From positions 24,187 through 88,186 of the IMG/VR virus record IMGVR_UViG_3300018080_000015: 64,000 nt of DNA; one strand, given 5' to 3'. This DNA comes from a virus. The position numbers and the translations under genes are program-made. Below, one piece after another: positions 47,061 through 56,605 of the stretch; within the stretch, counting starts at the first letter, position 1, and the number at the start of each line of letters is the position of its first letter. Below the pieces are notes generated by a model. That model saw only the letters and a program-made list of their open reading frames with translations. It ran no database searches and had not been told where the DNA came from.

Positions 47061-47788
47061 CAGTTCTCCTCCCAGTACTCAATCAGGAAGATGAGGGCAG
47101 CGGCGTCGGTTTCGAGGCCCTGCTCGTTCATGATGGTATCGAACGTCTCCTCGACCCGCTCATGCTCCGCTGGAGAGAAAAAAAGAGTGAGGCGCTTGAT
47201 TGAGCCGTCCACGGTCGGCCCTGCGTCCGAGCTCGTGTGTGCGGCCCCCTCGAGCTCTGTGTCCCCCGGGTCTTGCTCCCCACCCTCGTCGTCGTCTTCC
47301 TCAGACTCGTCTTCCTCCTCGTCCTCCTCAGATTCGTCTTCCTCCTCGTCCTCCTCGCAGAAGTACTGCTCGATGAGAGCATCCACTTCGTCCTGATCGA
47401 ATCCTGTGCCCTCGACCGAGCCCGCGATCTCATCCAGCTCCCGCAACATGTCCGCGAGGAGCTCACCGTCATAGGTCGCATGATCAGAGGTCTTGTTGTC
47501 GGCCAAGAGCAACCGACGCTGCATCGCTTCCGGCAGGTCCACGTACTGCACAGGCAGACGCGAATAGCCGAGCTCGACCGCTGCACGGAAGCGGGTGTTG
47601 CCGATTAGGACCGTTCCCAGGTCCGTCGGCTTCTTTCCCTTTTGAACGATGAGACTGCCCCAGAACCCATTCTCAGCGATGGACTCTTTGGTCCGCCGCA
47701 GGTCGCCGCGCCGAGGATTTCTCGGGTGGGTCTGCAGTCGATCCACCGCAACCATGTTCACCTGAGCCTTTGTCACGAACTCACTCAT
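47060..47788 (-). CDS. ParB N-terminal domain protein with acidic linker
   Basis: 'HPRNPR...SIAENGF...LIGNTRFRAA..LG...LADNKT'. Confidence 0.85.
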   Translation of the reverse strand: MSEFVTKAQVNMVAVDRLQTHPRNPRRGDLRRTKESIAENGFWGSLIVQKGKKPTDLGTVLIGNTRFRAAVELGYSRLPVQYVDLPEAMQRRLLLADNKTSDHATYDGELLADMLRELDEIAGSVEGTGFDQDEVDALIEQYFCEEDEEEDESEEDEEEDESEEDDDEGGEQDPGDTELEGAAHTSSDAGPTVDGSIKRLTLFFSPAEHERVEETFDTIMNEQGLETDAAALIFLIEYWEEN

Positions 47789-48434
47789 ATGCTTTCTCCT
47801 GCCACTTGATATACGACCACTCAGCATCGAGGTCGCCGATGATTTGGTATGCACGACTGAGCGGGATTCCCGTCTCTCGATTCAGCGCGTAGAGATTGCG
47901 TTTCTCGGCGCGGAGCATATCAGTCATCACCATCGCGTGCTCGAGCCCACACTCCCACGCCGCCTGGTAGAGCTTCTCGACGAGCTCTACCTCTGCCGTG
48001 AGACGCTCGGGCGAAAACGATCTTGAAGACCAGTCCAACGCGTCGAGCCACACGTCGGTAGACGCAGGCTGTATCTCAACCCACTCCCCGTCGGTGCCGC
48101 GCGTGCACTGTGAGAAGAGATCCGCCCGGTCCGCGGGACGGACTGAGAGCCACCTGTAGATGGAGATGACCTTGTTGCGGAGGCTTTGCAAGACCAGATC
48201 CTCGAGCTCCTCTAGAGGTAAGTCAGCCCCATAGTAGCTCAGGACACGAACAATCGTCTCGAGCCCGACGGATCTGAGGTCGTCGTAGCTCATGAATGGG
48301 TTTCCGTCGCTGTATCCGCGACTGAATCTACGAGCGCTATGCTCTACAAGCTTAATCAGCCTCCTCATGAGGCTCGGTTTCGCGTACACATTCACCTCCC
48401 TGGGCGATAAGACCACACGCCCGGTGTACACCAA
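47781..48434 (-). CDS. Sigma-70-like transcription factor (putative)
   Basis: Region-2-like 'LVEHSARRF...YDDLRSVGL...LRNKVISIYR' and C-terminal HTH 'LNRETGIPLSRAYQI'. Confidence 0.6.
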   Translation of the reverse strand: MVYTGRVVLSPREVNVYAKPSLMRRLIKLVEHSARRFSRGYSDGNPFMSYDDLRSVGLETIVRVLSYYGADLPLEELEDLVLQSLRNKVISIYRWLSVRPADRADLFSQCTRGTDGEWVEIQPASTDVWLDALDWSSRSFSPERLTAEVELVEKLYQAAWECGLEHAMVMTDMLRAEKRNLYALNRETGIPLSRAYQIIGDLDAEWSYIKWQEKAYE

Positions 48435-48876
48435 GGTTTTTCTCCTCGTCAGTCTCGAGGAGTTCGTTGCACTGCGTACAACGAAGTTGAATGATGCGGA
48501 CCACGACTCTGGGCCGCCACTTCCACGGGTTGAGAATCACGTCTGCGAGCATTCTTGTCACCGTGGTATCTACCACAGCGTCCACCTTCACGCCGAACTC
48601 GTCGACGACTCCCAGTGGGACGAACTCTTCGGGGTGCTCGTTCCACTGCCCCTTTGGACCCTCGTATGTGCTCACTAGACGCTGACCACCTACGGTATAG
48701 AAAAGACACACAAGCTGACCGTCAGTGCTCGCGCCGAACTCCACGATGATGACCCCATTGTGCCTGAGCGGATCGAACACGCCGTCGAAGACAGACTTCG
48801 CGGGCTCGACTCGAGCTTGCTCGGACGTAGGGTACTGGACACCGTCGATTTCAAGATCGGCGAAGCGACTGCTCAT
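48352..48876 (-). CDS. Hypothetical protein
   Basis: ORF with SD; C-terminal CxxC. Confidence 0.5.
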   Translation of the reverse strand: MSSRFADLEIDGVQYPTSEQARVEPAKSVFDGVFDPLRHNGVIIVEFGASTDGQLVCLFYTVGGQRLVSTYEGPKGQWNEHPEEFVPLGVVDEFGVKVDAVVDTTVTRMLADVILNPWKWRPRVVVRIIQLRCTQCNELLETDEEKNLGVHRACGLIAQGGECVRETEPHEEAD

Positions 48877-48881
48877 CTCTT

Positions 48882-49592
48882 TTATCCTCCCGATACCTTT
48901 GATCCTACTTCATTCGGATCAGTGCTGTCAACCGCATTATTGCTTGATTTGCGCGTTTTTTGATAGGCTCTGAAGCCCTCTTTCGCAAGGACTGCGAGCG
49001 CCCGATCCGTCTTCCGAATCTGCGTTTTTGGTTTGCGCTTGCCGGGGAGATACAGGCTCCACGGTTTGCGGACACTCTCCCGACCCAGCTTCGCCACGAG
49101 GCGGCCATCGAGCTCGAGCTTGATCCACTGCTTCGTTTTGGTGAGCTTGGCCCCCGTCAGCTTTCGCCAAATCGTGAAGATACGGGCTGCCCGTTTCGGC
49201 GACTCCTCCAGGCAGGCCTTCCAGACGTCCTCTACGAACTCCGGCGTGGCGTAGACTGTCCCCTCCCGGCGCACGCCACCCTCCGCGGGAGCGAACTCGA
49301 GCCGCAGCGCCCCATCGGCCACGAGCGTCACGAGGTACAGGTTCTGCGGGCTCGGCCCGGAGCGTCGGGTCGTCCAGTTCTGGATGGTGTTCGTGCCCCC
49401 AGCCTTCCCCTCATCTCGAGCGTACCAGTCGAGCGCCTGACACAGCTCCACGTAGGTGCAATAGCGCCTCGTCCAGTGCTCGCTCTTCGGCCCGGTGATC
49501 CGGTGCACCGCATCCAGTGCGGCCCTGCGGTCGGTTTCTCGCTGGGCCTGTTCACGCTCCTGAAGGAGCTCTGAGACTAGCTGGTCAAGCAT
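48882..49592 (-). CDS. Hypothetical protein, possible HTH
   Basis: Strong SD; 'TIQNWTTRRSGPS' resembles an Xre-type HTH. Confidence 0.55.
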   Translation of the reverse strand: MLDQLVSELLQEREQAQRETDRRAALDAVHRITGPKSEHWTRRYCTYVELCQALDWYARDEGKAGGTNTIQNWTTRRSGPSPQNLYLVTLVADGALRLEFAPAEGGVRREGTVYATPEFVEDVWKACLEESPKRAARIFTIWRKLTGAKLTKTKQWIKLELDGRLVAKLGRESVRKPWSLYLPGKRKPKTQIRKTDRALAVLAKEGFRAYQKTRKSSNNAVDSTDPNEVGSKVSGG

Positions 49593-49611
49593 GATTTTCC
49601 TCCTCTCCTGG

Positions 49612-49643
49612 AATCGCTACCACATGCCTCCGGTGCGTGTCAA
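49612..49643 (-). promoter_or_regulatory. Possible sigma70-type promoter
   Basis: TTGACA-18 nt-TAGCGA between the terminator and the SD of 48882-49592; -10 element non-canonical. Confidence 0.3.
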
Positions 49644-49658
49644 GATCACATGCATCTG

Positions 49659-49706
49659 AAAAATGAAAAGCCCCCAAGGAACGTCCCTGTCCCCTGGGGG
49701 CTTTTC
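49659..49706 (-). terminator. Intrinsic terminator closing the early-gene array
   Basis: GAAAAGCCCCCA...TGGGGGCTTTTC stem with T-run on the minus strand. Confidence 0.8.
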
Positions 49707-49726
49707 CCGCGTGGAGGCACACACGG

Positions 49727-50422
49727 TCACTCGATGTCCTTGAGCCTGGTGATTCGACACCGCTTCCACCCGCGCGGCTCGACCCTGAACCTCGTGGTCT
49801 GAACACCCGACACCTTAGCGGATGCGCTGATCACCCTCTCGGCTTCGGCGACGGTGCAATCGTCGCATTCGATCGCCTCGCCTACCTGGATGGTCTCTGC
49901 GCCGCAAGGAGACACATAAGGCCAAAGGCTCGTGCTCCCTGTCAAGAGGTAGAGCGTCGTCGGCAGCTCGTCAACGTCCCTATAGAAAGCATCCCCACAG
50001 GAACCAATCAGCCGTCCATCTGTCGTTTTGCCCGTAACCGTAATCATCTCGCCACACACAGTGCAAACCTCGTGCGGCCCGTCCCACACCCTGATGGTGT
50101 GGTGCCCCTCCGCGTCGATCCACACCTCCACTGGAGTGGTGAGGTTCGAGCACGTGTTCACGTTCTGAATCGCTGTCATGAACACGTCTCGAAGATCGGG
50201 CAAGTCCTCCTGTATCTCCCCTCCCGCGTATTCTCCGGGCTTGAGAAACGACTGCAGGAAGCAACTTGCCACGAGCTCCCGGTACTCGTCGTCTGGCATG
50301 ACCGAAAGGGCCATCCACACTGAGTAGGGTCGCTCCTTCTCCTCGTCTGTGTACTCGTCGCGGTCGTAGGGCTCTCCCTCGGCGAAGAAGAACTCTGGTG
50401 AGAACGATAGTTCAAAACTCAT
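49727..50422 (-). CDS. Hypothetical early protein
   Basis: GGGAGG SD; last gene before the terminator. Confidence 0.65.
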   Translation of the reverse strand: MSFELSFSPEFFFAEGEPYDRDEYTDEEKERPYSVWMALSVMPDDEYRELVASCFLQSFLKPGEYAGGEIQEDLPDLRDVFMTAIQNVNTCSNLTTPVEVWIDAEGHHTIRVWDGPHEVCTVCGEMITVTGKTTDGRLIGSCGDAFYRDVDELPTTLYLLTGSTSLWPYVSPCGAETIQVGEAIECDDCTVAEAERVISASAKVSGVQTTRFRVEPRGWKRCRITRLKDIE

Positions 50423-50439
50423 CGTTTCCTCCCTGTTGT

Positions 50440-50847
50440 TCGCTATGCTCTCGGTGACGCGCTCCGGCTACTGGTTAGATGATTCGGCTAAAGCCGACGC
50501 TCCTGATGACGTCTTCGATCGGAGTCTTGGCGTCCACGGTCTCACCCTGACGGTCCGAGCCCAAGAGAACGCCGTTGCCGGCGAAGAAATCCTGGTGGGC
50601 GCCTTCGAGCGTGAAGCCGTAGCGGACTGGCTTCAAGAGCCCCTCGTCGTCGACGTACACGGTATCCCTGTTGGGGAACATGTGCGCCAATGCGACGCAA
50701 CTAAACTTGCCCGCTCCGTAGATGTGCCTGATGTCGCTGTCGGGAAATGAAGTCTCCACGACCCTCTGGTTCTTGGCATCGATGATAATTGCTCTGATAC
50801 TCATGGTGTGCATCCTTGGTTGGAGCGCGCCACTGAGAGCATAGCGA
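50440..50847. repeat. Gene-flanking inverted repeat A (arms 50440-50465 / 50822-50847)
   Basis: tcgctatgctctcggtgacgcgctcc versus reverse complement tcgctatgctctcagtggcgcgctcc, 24/26. Confidence 0.95.
50475..50804 (-). CDS. DUF3846-like early protein
   Basis: 'VYVDDEGLLK...FAGNGVLLG.D..GET'. Confidence 0.65.
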   Translation of the reverse strand: MSIRAIIIDAKNQRVVETSFPDSDIRHIYGAGKFSCVALAHMFPNRDTVYVDDEGLLKPVRYGFTLEGAHQDFFAGNGVLLGSDRQGETVDAKTPIEDVIRSVGFSRII

Positions 50848-50855
50848 GGTTTGGT

Positions 50856-51601
50856 GTTGTACGCACAACCACGGCGGCCACTGTTTCTACTTAATAGTCA
50901 AAATGTGAGTAGGTCGACGCCTCGCACTCCCCGGCACAATCTGTACCGCAATGCGGGCACACCCACTCCTGCTCTTCCGCGAAGATCGCGTCTTGGCACT
51001 TCTGGCAACACCCGCTGATGCGGTACTCCTGCCTGGAGATCTCGTCCTTGAACTCCGTCGCCAGCCCGCCACACCACGTGCACAAATCCTTTCGGATCTG
51101 CCCGCGGCGAGACTTGCCAATCACGAAGTCGAGGAACTGTTCGACTCCTTCGCTCTTCTTACTTGGTTCTGCCACGACCCCTCCACACATTGAAGTATGA
51201 GAACTGCTTGGTTCCGCACGTGCACGGGTGTGGTGGGACGATTGTCCCGTCACTGAAGAGACACCATCGCGAGTGTTTTTTCACTCGGACTGTCTCCTCT
51301 CCCGGACGCCGGAGCAAAACGGCCTGTTTCTTCGTCATATCACGAGCACTCTGACGCCCCCACTCATGTGAGGGACGAGCGGCACCCAAATGCCGTCAAT
51401 GCGGACTTCCGCATCGTCTGAGAGCACCACCTCATCGCCGCCGATTCCGAAGCACGGCACTGGCCGCACGTAGTAGCGACGCTTTCCGTCGATCTCCTCG
51501 AAATCTGCTCGAGCGCTTAGAACGTCCACGAGTCTGTCTGTTGATCCTATCCATCCCATGTTTGCCTCCACTGTGGTGGCCGCCGTGGGTGTACGTACAA
51601 C
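50856..51601. repeat. Gene-flanking inverted repeat B (50856-50881 / 51576-51601)
   Basis: gttgtacgcacaaccacggcggccac versus gttgtacgtacacccacggcggccac, 24/26. Confidence 0.95.
50891..51559 (-). other. Three small overlapping early ORFs (50891-51175, 51159-51338, 51335-51559)
   Basis: SDs and overlapping starts/stops; 50891-51175 has CTWC and CQKC motifs. Confidence 0.6.
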
Positions 51602-51662
51602 TACTGTTGATGACATCCGGTGCGGTACCTCTCACGAGAACGTGGTCCCCGTGGAGACCGTT

Positions 51663-52090
51663 TTATATCACGAACACCTCTGCGCTTGTGGCCTCGGACC
51701 AATCGCTCTGTTCATCCCAATAGATCTCATTAGCGATGTTGTCGAGCGCCTGGATCAATGAGCCTTTCCAAACCGCTTTACCGTCATCATCGAAGAACTG
51801 CACCTCAAGCTCATTGAGCTCCGCGACTATGTCGCTGAGGACTGCAACACGAGCTGACATACTCCAACTCATACTGCGGCCCTGATCGCTTCCTTGAGCG
51901 TCTTGAAGCGGCCTTTCTGAACTGCGGGAGCGGCGTCGGGATCGTTGGAGCCTGGTGTGAGCCAAAGCACCTTATAGAGATTCCACACCCACAGTCCCTT
52001 GCGCACGAACCATTTACGATTCGGCGACACGTACGAACCTCTCCTGCTTTTCGTCCACCCGTATCGGATGGTCTCTTTCTGTTCCGTCAT
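51663..52090 (-). other. Two small coupled early ORFs (51663-51872, 51869-52090)
   Basis: SD AGGAGG at 52090; ATGA overlap. Confidence 0.6.
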
Positions 52091-52105
52091 GATGCCTCCT
52101 ATGCA

Positions 52106-52628
52106 TCGAGGGCACGACGCAAAGCACGAGCCTGTTTTACTCTACTTGCCTGTTGGCATGCGGAGCCGGCGAAGCGTCGTCAACTGTGCCTCCCTATCTA
52201 GTAGGAACCACAAAGCCGACCGATAAGCCGCCTCCTGGGTTGAGGGAGGACCATCGAGAACGTGGTCCACCACGTCAACCACCGTCTCCACGCACTGTGC
52301 CATCGTGGCCGTCTTGAAGAACTCCTCAAGACCGCTGAAGGTCCCTCCTTCGTCAAGCGAATCGATGAGCCTCTGCATGCTCGCGTCAAACCACGGGCGC
52401 TCCCCTATCTCGAATCCGCGACCGTGTTTCTTTCTGGAGCGAAGCCATCGAAACTTGTCCGCAAGCCCCTCTGGTATTCCTCCCGGTTTGGGTCCTACCG
52501 GGAGAGAGTGCCCGAGCTGAGTCGGAATCTCCCGGTTGAATACTACTGACTTGTGAGTAATCTTCTCTTCCATGTTACCTCCCTTGGTACTGTAACGGGG
52601 AGGCTCGTGCTTTGCGGCGCGCCCTCGA
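52106..52628. repeat. Gene-flanking inverted repeat D, nested in C (52106-52133 / 52601-52628)
   Basis: tcgagggcacgacgcaaagcacgagcct versus tcgagggcgcgccgcaaagcacgagcct, 26/28. Confidence 0.95.
52142..52573 (-). CDS. Hypothetical early protein
   Basis: SD AGGGAGGT. Confidence 0.65.
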   Translation of the reverse strand: MEEKITHKSVVFNREIPTQLGHSLPVGPKPGGIPEGLADKFRWLRSRKKHGRGFEIGERPWFDASMQRLIDSLDEGGTFSGLEEFFKTATMAQCVETVVDVVDHVLDGPPSTQEAAYRSALWFLLDREAQLTTLRRLRMPTGK

Positions 52629-52698
52629 CTGAATCGTCAGTGAGAGGCACCGCACTGGATGTCATCGGATGTGCTTCCGCTTGGGACCGCGAGCGGTT

Positions 52699-53145
52699 TT
52701 ACATTTTCGCTCGCTCTGTTCTGAGATGTCGAATGTCTTCGATGATTGATTCCCTGTCCGACTCTACAAGATGCAAAGCCGAACCAACCCTGCGCACCCA
52801 CTCTTGTCCTCGAATCACGTCCCGCTCTGGAGTATGCGGATGCCCCATAAAGAGGTCCGCTGTGTGCTGAACACCCCTCATTGCGGCCTCACGCTGTGTC
52901 GTCGAACCGAACGTTGAAGCTCGCGCCGTGAGATTCCCTTTCCGGAGATAAACGTATGTCCACCCACCGAGATAAGGCTGAACCACAAGCGCCAAGATGT
53001 CCCCAATTCCTCGGACGATCAATAGATTGTCTGAGGAGTCGAGCTTGTAGAGCTCCACGGCGGCCTGACTAAGTGCTGCCTCGCGGGCGAGTTTGAGCGT
53101 CCTGTCTTTTTTCACGATCGGGCCGATTCTGAATTCCCGTGCCAT
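52699..53145 (-). CDS. Hypothetical early protein
   Basis: SD GGAGGT. Confidence 0.6.
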   Translation of the reverse strand: MAREFRIGPIVKKDRTLKLAREAALSQAAVELYKLDSSDNLLIVRGIGDILALVVQPYLGGWTYVYLRKGNLTARASTFGSTTQREAAMRGVQHTADLFMGHPHTPERDVIRGQEWVRRVGSALHLVESDRESIIEDIRHLRTERAKM

Positions 53146-53161
53146 AGTTACCTCCACTCTT

Positions 53162-53589
53162 GATGTGAACATCACTGTGGCCACCACGATTTCTAGTCTA
53201 GCGCAACATCCCCCGCGCGGGAGGATCACTGCGCTTCGTACGGCGAAAAGCCTCACCCTTGAGCCATCCTGTGGTCTCGTATCGATCGGAGAGTAGATAC
53301 CTCCGCGCACGCGCAACTGCCTCGTTTTTGTCCACGCACGCCACCACGAACCGAACCGGATTGAATCTGAGGTTCGTCTTTGCGAGCGCATTCGCAAACT
53401 CTTGCGCGATACAATGCCTGATGTCGAACGCTATCCCCTCCTCGTCGGATAGATCGTCCCACTGTTCCAAGTGAGCGCGAACGATCGTTTCGAGGGGGAG
53501 AGACGCTATCACTCTGGCGATTAGATCGAAGTGTTTCTTTGTCATCGTCTGTGCCTCCTTTTTGTGGTGGCCACAACGATGCTCACATC
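53162..53589. repeat. Gene-flanking inverted repeat F, nested in E (53162-53187 / 53564-53589)
   Basis: gatgtgaacatcactgtggccaccac versus gatgtgagcatcgttgtggccaccac, 23/26; all three differences are G-U pairs in the mRNA. Confidence 0.95.
53198..53545 (-). CDS. Hypothetical early protein (MTKKHF...NLRFNPVRFVVAC)
   Basis: SD AAGGAGG; motif resembles small phage early proteins. Confidence 0.65.
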   Translation of the reverse strand: MTKKHFDLIARVIASLPLETIVRAHLEQWDDLSDEEGIAFDIRHCIAQEFANALAKTNLRFNPVRFVVACVDKNEAVARARRYLLSDRYETTGWLKGEAFRRTKRSDPPARGMLR

Positions 53590-53672
53590 CACTGGGGCTC
53601 GCGGCCCCAAGTGGAAGCACATCCTTCGGTTAGCTCGCCAAGCTGTGCGCCCGTCCGGGCGCGAGCGAAGGG

Positions 53673-55007
53673 CTACTTCTTGCCCTTCTTGCTGGTCTTC
53701 TTCTTCCCTCCTTTCTTGGTCTTCTTACTGGTCTTCTTCTCTCCCTTCTTGGCCTTCGCGGGCTGCTCCGCGATCTCCCCGGCGATAGCCCTATTCCCGA
53801 CCTCCACGGGCTGCTCGACGTTGACGTTTCCGCCCGGAACCTGTCTGAGCGGCTTGAGCTGCACGAGCCCATAGTTCTTGGACGCGCTATGCCGCGCGAG
53901 GAAAATCGCTGCGGCTTGCCCGCCCATGAGGACATCCTTGCCTGCCTTGGTGGGAATCCACCCCATGTTGCACTTCGTGCAATCGAGCATCCTGAGTACA
54001 TCTTCGTCCGGAGAATCCGGGAGAAGCTTGTATCCCTCGCACTCTGTGCACGGCACCTCGAGCGGATCTGAGAAGGCTGCCGTGGAACGCTCATACTCAT
54101 CGCGGAGAGTCTTGAGCTGTTTCTGGGCCTTTTTGAGCTCCCGCTCAAAAATCCGCCCCTCCTTGGTCTTGGCTGCCTTGAGGTTTCCCTTCTCGGTGTA
54201 GAACTCGCTGGTCTTCTTCTTCTTGCCCTTGGACGTCTTGTCCTTCTCTGCGCTCTTGGACTTCTTGGGCTTGAGGCCCTCATCATCCTTGGCCAGAGCT
54301 TCGTCGAGGGCGACCTTGAGCCGCCGACACTTGGCCTGCTGATCGTCGGTCTTGAGCCTGGCGAGCTTCGCCTCTTGCTCTGCCTTCGACCATTCCTTGT
54401 AGACCTTGGTCCGCTTGCTCTTGCCTTCTGCCTTCTCGGCCAATTTCTCGGCCTGGGCCTTGGCCTCCTTGGCCGTCTTCACGAGAGCTCTGAGCTCCGC
54501 ACGTTCGTCCTCGAGCTCCTGCTCGAGTTCCTTGACGGATTTCTCGGGTTCGGAAGCCTCTGCCTCTTCCTCGGACTCTTCGTCCTCGTCATCTGGCTCG
54601 TCTTCTTCTTCCTCCTCCTCCGCTTCTGCGTCCTCGAAGTCCGACTCGTCGTCATCATCCTGCTCTTCGTCTTCTTCCTCCTCCTCGAAGTCTTCTGATT
54701 CCTCCTCGTCATCGTCGTCCCACTCGAAGCTGTCGTCCTCTTCGTCTTCGTACTCCAGCCAATGCTCGAGAAGAGCCTCGAGCGGCTCGCCCTTGGAGAT
54801 CTGAGCTTGGGTGTAGAGCCCAATCTCATCTCCCTCCTGGTCGAGCGCTGCGATCTTGCCCTTCGTCGTCTTGCTGGGGACCAACATGCCGAGTTCATCG
54901 TTGTCTTCCTCGGGAAGGACGACTCTGTAGCCTTTGATGCTCTTGTCGGGCACCACGTGGACCACTGAACCGAGAACCTTGCGCTTGATCACTTTCTTCT
55001 TCGCCAT
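53673..55007 (-). CDS. Acidic/basic low-complexity protein with Zn finger
   Basis: Long D/E tract, coiled coil, CTEC/CTKC and Lys-rich tail. Confidence 0.7.
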   Translation of the reverse strand: MAKKKVIKRKVLGSVVHVVPDKSIKGYRVVLPEEDNDELGMLVPSKTTKGKIAALDQEGDEIGLYTQAQISKGEPLEALLEHWLEYEDEEDDSFEWDDDDEEESEDFEEEEEDEEQDDDDESDFEDAEAEEEEEEDEPDDEDEESEEEAEASEPEKSVKELEQELEDERAELRALVKTAKEAKAQAEKLAEKAEGKSKRTKVYKEWSKAEQEAKLARLKTDDQQAKCRRLKVALDEALAKDDEGLKPKKSKSAEKDKTSKGKKKKTSEFYTEKGNLKAAKTKEGRIFERELKKAQKQLKTLRDEYERSTAAFSDPLEVPCTECEGYKLLPDSPDEDVLRMLDCTKCNMGWIPTKAGKDVLMGGQAAAIFLARHSASKNYGLVQLKPLRQVPGGNVNVEQPVEVGNRAIAGEIAEQPAKAKKGEKKTSKKTKKGGKKKTSKKGKK

Positions 55008-55049
55008 GCTGTGTACCTCCCTTACGGGTTCACGAACGACCCACCCACT

Positions 55050-55764
55050 GCGGGTCGACACCGCGCAAGCCATCACCTGCGCTGCCTCCTACCGCGGAGG
55101 CAATCCTCGAGCGGCACGACGTCTCTCCTGATCGTAGTCGGTGTCACGAGCTGCACCCGGCAACTGCTCCACCATTTTCTCGACCAAGGCCTGAGAGTCG
55201 CACCGCACGAAGAAGTTGCGTCCTTTGGCCTCGAACCACAACTTCTGAATGCACCAACCGTGACCGCACTCGCACTCACCGTATTCCCTGCGGACGACGA
55301 CCTCGACGGTCGAGATATCGGCATCCTCTGGGTCTTCGGCGTCCACATCATAGATGTAGTAGCGAGCGCGGACGTCTGGCTCATCGCCATGGTCCGCTTC
55401 GCATGCAACACACTGCCACATATGCTTTCTCCGGGACATCACCATCCTCCGTTCTCGCCTGAGAGGAACATCTCCCACACTTTCTGAGGCTCACCGCCCA
55501 AGCACGGGATCGTGCCTGGGTCGCCTCTATCTTCTTCGGTGGCTTCGAGAGCCTGCTGGAGCGTGAGCTCCATGCATTCCTCGTCGCCCTCCTGAGCGAA
55601 GTAGATAGCCTCTTGAAAGAGGTAGAGGCTCTCATAGCGATCTGCGTGGAATTGAACGTCGTCCGGATTGAGCTGTTTCATGCGCTCGAAGAGCTTGGAC
55701 ATCACGTACCCCCATTGTAAGGCCCGGACTGAGCCGGGCGGTTGATGGATTGCGCGGTGCCCGC
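55050..55764. repeat. Gene-flanking inverted repeat H, nested in G (55050-55080 / 55738-55764)
   Basis: gcggg[tcga]caccgcgcaagccatcacctgc versus gcgggcaccgcgcaatccatcaaccgc; 4-nt bulge. Confidence 0.8.
55089..55702 (-). other. Two coupled early ORFs (55089-55439, 55439-55702)
   Basis: TGATG overlap and SDs. Confidence 0.6.
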
Positions 55765-55821
55765 GAACTGTGCTCGGATGGACGCACAACTTGGCGAACT
55801 AACCTGGTCGCTTGCTTCACA

Positions 55822-56201
55822 CACTTGCCGTGTCGCGCGCACCCAACCACTACCTGTTAGGGTAGTCGTTCATGGGAAACGCGCGGTTATCACGATTCCC
55901 GACGCACTCTGTCATGGGAGCGACGTTCATGGACCCACAAACGAGGCACACGAACAACTGCTTCCCACTCGGAGAGCATCGATGAATCGGGACATACTGA
56001 CCCGGATGCGGATCCGATGGGCTATCCTCGAAAGGAACCGTCGCCCTGGGGACGAGCAAGCCCCGACGGGCCAATCCGTCCACGATTTTAGCTACGAGCT
56101 GCGGCTCGCGTTCACAAAACTCCGGGTCCGCAAACCTTCTGATGTCGAGCTTCATTTGACTCATGACGTCCTCCTGTTGGGTGAGCACGACATGGCAAGT
56201 G
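55822..56201. repeat. Gene-flanking inverted repeat I (55822-55847 / 56176-56201)
   Basis: cacttgccgtgtcgcgcgcacccaac versus cacttgccatgtcgtgctcacccaac, 23/26. Confidence 0.93.
55850..56164 (-). CDS. Hypothetical early protein
   Basis: SD AGGAGG. Confidence 0.6.
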   Translation of the reverse strand: MSQMKLDIRRFADPEFCEREPQLVAKIVDGLARRGLLVPRATVPFEDSPSDPHPGQYVPIHRCSPSGKQLFVCLVCGSMNVAPMTECVGNRDNRAFPMNDYPNR

Positions 56202-56204
56202 GCT

Positions 56205-56593
56205 GGTTGAACTCCTTTCGTGTGCGCTCTCTATGCTGTTATCTCATGTCCTGTTCGAAACCTTGCGCGATGGCGGACTGTTCGAATTCTTCGAGTTTGT
56301 CCCACCAATGACGCGCCTTGTCATCGTTCTGGAGCGACCGTCGCCCACAAGGGTACTCGACGGTGCCGTTACTGCCATCTCCTCCCAACGGAGTCGGGTT
56401 CTTGGATTCTGCAAGAATCCTCCAAAGCTTGGAATAGAGCTCACGCCACGACTTTCCTTCTGGCATGAACCTTTCGTAATCCACGCACTCTGCGACTTCA
56501 TCCGCTGTCCAATACTCAAGCCCTTCTGGCATTTTCACGCTCATAACTCACCTCCCTACTGCACTCGAGAGCGCACACGGGAGGAGTTCAACC
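56205..56593. repeat. Gene-flanking inverted repeat J (56205-56231 / 56567-56593)
   Basis: ggttgaactcctttcgtgtgcgctctc versus ggttgaactcctcccgtgtgcgctctc, 25/27. Confidence 0.95.
56239..56544 (-). CDS. Hypothetical early protein
   Basis: SD GGGAGGTG. Confidence 0.65.
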   Translation of the reverse strand: MSVKMPEGLEYWTADEVAECVDYERFMPEGKSWRELYSKLWRILAESKNPTPLGGDGSNGTVEYPCGRRSLQNDDKARHWWDKLEEFEQSAIAQGFEQDMR

Positions 56594-56605
56594 TGCTTGC
56601 TTCGC

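Larger units (their letters stand above)
51609..52666. repeat. Gene-flanking inverted repeat C, outer (51609-51635 / 52640-52666)
   Basis: gatgacatccggtgcggtacctctcac versus gatgacatccagtgcggtgcctctcac, 25/27. Confidence 0.95.
52667..53624. repeat. Gene-flanking inverted repeat E, outer (52667-52694 / 53597-53624)
   Basis: ggatgtgcttccgcttgggaccgcgagc versus ggatgtgcttccacttggggccgcgagc, 26/28. Confidence 0.95.
53628..55804. repeat. Gene-flanking inverted repeat G, outer (53628-53662 / 55770-55804)
   Basis: ggttagctcgccaagctgtgcgcccgtccgggcgc versus ggttagttcgccaagttgtgcgtccatccgagcac, 29/35. Confidence 0.92.
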
